A stretch of 64,000 nt of DNA from Macrostomum hystrix (lineage: Eukaryota; Animalia; Platyhelminthes). The first letter of the stretch is position 1. Every line of letters begins with the position of its first letter. The DNA is taken from contig CATNEN010000012.1 of assembly GCA_950097015.1 (NCBI GenBank), positions 2,914,001-2,978,000 on the forward strand, given 5' to 3'. The translations under genes and the position numbers were made by a program. Below, in pieces: positions 61,201 through 64,000 of the stretch. The notes under the pieces were generated by a model. The model had not been told where the DNA came from, made no database searches, and was given only the letters and a program-made list of their open reading frames with translations.

Positions 61201-64000
61201 GTGTCCCATACCCTCTGATTCTGTGTCCCATACCCTATAATTCTGTGTCCCATACCCTCAGATTCTGTGTCCCATACCCTCAGATTCTGTGTCCCATACC
61301 CTCTGATTCTGTGTCCCATACCCTCTGATTCTGTGTCCCATACCCTATAATTCTGTGTCCCATACCCTCAGATTCTGTGTCCCATACCCTCAGATTCTGT
61401 GTCCCATACCCTCAGATTCTGTGTCCCATACCCTCTGATTCTGTGTCCCATACCCTCTGATTCTGTGTCCCATACCCTCTGATTCTGTGTCCCATACCCT
61501 CTGATTCTGTGTCCCATACCCTATAATTCTGTGTCCCATACCCTCAGATTCTGTGTCCCATACCCTCAGATTCTGTGTCCCACACCCTCAGATTCTGTCC
61601 CATACCCTCAGATTCTGTGTCCCATACCCTCTGATTCTGTGTCCCATACCCTCAGATTCTGTGTCCCATACCCTCAGATTCTGTGTCCCACACCCTCAGA
61701 TTCTGTCCCATACCCTCAGATTCTGTGTCCCATACCCTCTGATTCTGTGTCCCATACCCTCAGATTCTGTGTCCCACACCCTCAGATTCTGTCCCATACC
61801 CTCAGATTCTGTGTCCCATACCCTCTGATTCTGTGTCCCATACCCTCAGATTCTGTGTCCCATACCCTCAGATTCTGTGTCCCATACCCTCTGATTCTGT
61901 GTCCCATACCCTATAATTCTGTGTCCCATACGCTCAGATTCTGTGTCCCACACCCTCAGATTCTGTGTCCCACAACCTCAGATTCTGTCCCACACCCTCA
62001 GATTCTGTCCCACACCCTCAGATTCTGTCCCAAACCCTCAGATTCTGTGTCCCACACCCTCAGATTCTGTCCCACACCCTCAGATTCTGTCCCACACCCT
62101 CAGATTCTGTCCCACACCCTCAGATTCTGTCCCACACCCTCAGATTCTGTCCCACACCCTCAGATTCTGTCCCACACCCTCAGATTCTGTGTCCCACACC
62201 CTCAGATTCTGTCCCACACCCTCAGATTCTGTCCCACACCCTCAGATTCTGTGTCCCATACCCTCAGATTCTGTGTCCCACACCCTCAGATTCTGTGTCC
62301 CATATCCTCAGATTCTGTGTCCCATACCCTCAGATTCTGTGTCCCACACCCTCAGATTCTGTGTCCCATACCCTCTGATTATGTGTCCCACACCCTCAGA
62401 TTCTGTGTCCCATACCCTCAGATTCTGTCCCATACCCTCAGATTCTGTGTCCCATACCCTCTGATTCTGTGTCCCATACCCTCTGATTCTGTGTCCCATA
62501 CCCTATAATTCTGTGTCCCATACCCTCAGATTCTGTGTCCCATACCCTCAGATTCTGTCCCACACCCTCAGATTCTGTGTCCCATACCCTCAGATTCTGT
62601 GTCCCATACCCTCTGATTCTGTGTCCCATACCCTATAATTCTGTGTCCCATACCCTCAGATTCTGTGTCCCATACCCTCTGATTCTGTGTCCCATACCCT
62701 CTGATTCTGTGTCCCATACCCTCTGATTCTGTGTCCCATACCCTATAATTCTGTGTCCCATACCCTCAGATTCTGTGTCCCACACCCTCAGATTCTGTCC
62801 CATACCCTCAGATTCTGTGTCCCATACCCTCTGATTCTGTGTCCCATACCCTCAGATTCTGTGTCCCACACCCTCAGATTCTGTCCCATACCCTCAGATT
62901 CTGTGTCCCATACCCTCTGATTCTGTGTTCCATACCCTCAGATTCTGTGTCCCATACCCTCAGATTCTGTGTCCCATACCCTCTGATTCTGTGTCCCATA
63001 CCCTCTGATTCTGTGTCCCATACCCTCTGATTCTGTGTCCCATACCCTATAATTCTGTGTCCCATACCCTCTGATTCTGTGTCCCATACCCTCTGATTCT
63101 GTGTCCCATACCCTATAATTCTGTGTCCCATACCCTCAGATTCTGTGTCCCATACCCTCAGATTCTGTGTCCCACACCCTCAGATTCTGTCCCATACCCT
63201 CAGATTCTGTGTCCCATACCCTCTGATTCTGTGTCCCATACCCTCAGATTCTGTGTCCCATACCCTCAGATTCTGTCCCACACCCTCAGATTCTGTCCCA
63301 TACCCTCAGATTCTGTGTCCCATACCCTCTGATTCTGTGTCCCATACCCTCAGATTCTGTGTCCCACACCCTCAGATTCTGTCCCATACCCTCAGATTCT
63401 GTGTCCCATACCCTCTGATTCTGTGTCCCATACCCTCTGATTCTGTGTCCCATACCCTCAGATTCTGTGTCCCATACCCTCAGATTCTGTGTCCCATACC
63501 CTCTGATTCTGTGTCCCATACCCTATAATTCTGTGTCCCATACCCTCAGATTCTGTGTCCCATACCCTATAATTCTGTGTCCCATACCCTCAGATTCTGT
63601 GTCCCATACCCTCAGATTCTGTGTCCCACACCCTCAGATTCTGTGTCCCATACCCTCAGATTCTGTGTCCCATACCCTCAGATTCTGTGTCCCATACCCT
63701 CAGATTCTGTGTCCCACACCCTCAGATTCTGTGTCCCATACCCTCAGATTCTGTGTCCCATACCCTCTGATTCTGTGTCCCATACCCTCTGATTCTGTGT
63801 CCCATACCCTATAATTCTGTGTCCCATACCCTCAGATTCTGTGTCCCATACCCTCAGATTCTGTGTCCCACACCCTCAGATTCTGTGTCCCATACCCTCA
63901 GATTCTGTGTCCCATACCCTCTGATTCTGTCCCATACCCTCTGATTCTGTGTCCCATACCCTCTGATTCTGTGTCCCATACCCTCTGATTCTGTGTCCCA
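58255..64000. repeat. Same 20/22-bp satellite array, right part, running off the window end
   Basis: Resumes in register (CCCTC|AGATTCTG) after the 3' LTR. Confidence 0.98.

Noticed and set aside
29307-63814. Hundreds of ORFs (MSHTLRFCVPYPQIL..., MGHRIRGYGTQNL...) in the satellite
   Set aside because: They are translations of 20/22-bp monomers cycling through frames; no coding signature or splice structure
29348-64000. CRISPR-like array
   Set aside because: No unique spacers, no cas genes, eukaryotic context; monomers abut directly

Overview
Eukaryotic (animal, probably invertebrate; lineage not determinable here) genomic DNA with AT-rich GT-AG introns and GC-rich exons. The first ~29.3 kb is gene-rich: TMED2 (-), IQCD/DRC10 (+), an annexin (-), an intronless diverged Rad6/UBE2A-type E2 (+), two paralogous intronless orphan ORFs (-), ARL1 (-) and MDH1B (+). 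It also carries three copies of a structured tRNA-derived SINE, several minisatellites and a ~430-bp imperfect foldback just upstream of one orphan gene. From 29348 to the window end runs a 20/22-bp satellite array with kb-scale higher-order duplications. Its monomer is closely related to a minisatellite in MDH1B intron 6. The array is interrupted by a full-length BEL/Pao LTR retrotransposon (52027-58254) with identical 227-bp LTRs, a CCCTC target-site duplication and an intact ORF. The many ORFs called inside the repeats are by-products of the repeat sequence. Best novelty candidates: the orphan gene pair with its long hairpin, the apparent birth of a satellite from an intronic minisatellite, and the young BEL element with an iMet-type PBS and a poly-C tract where the PPT is expected.
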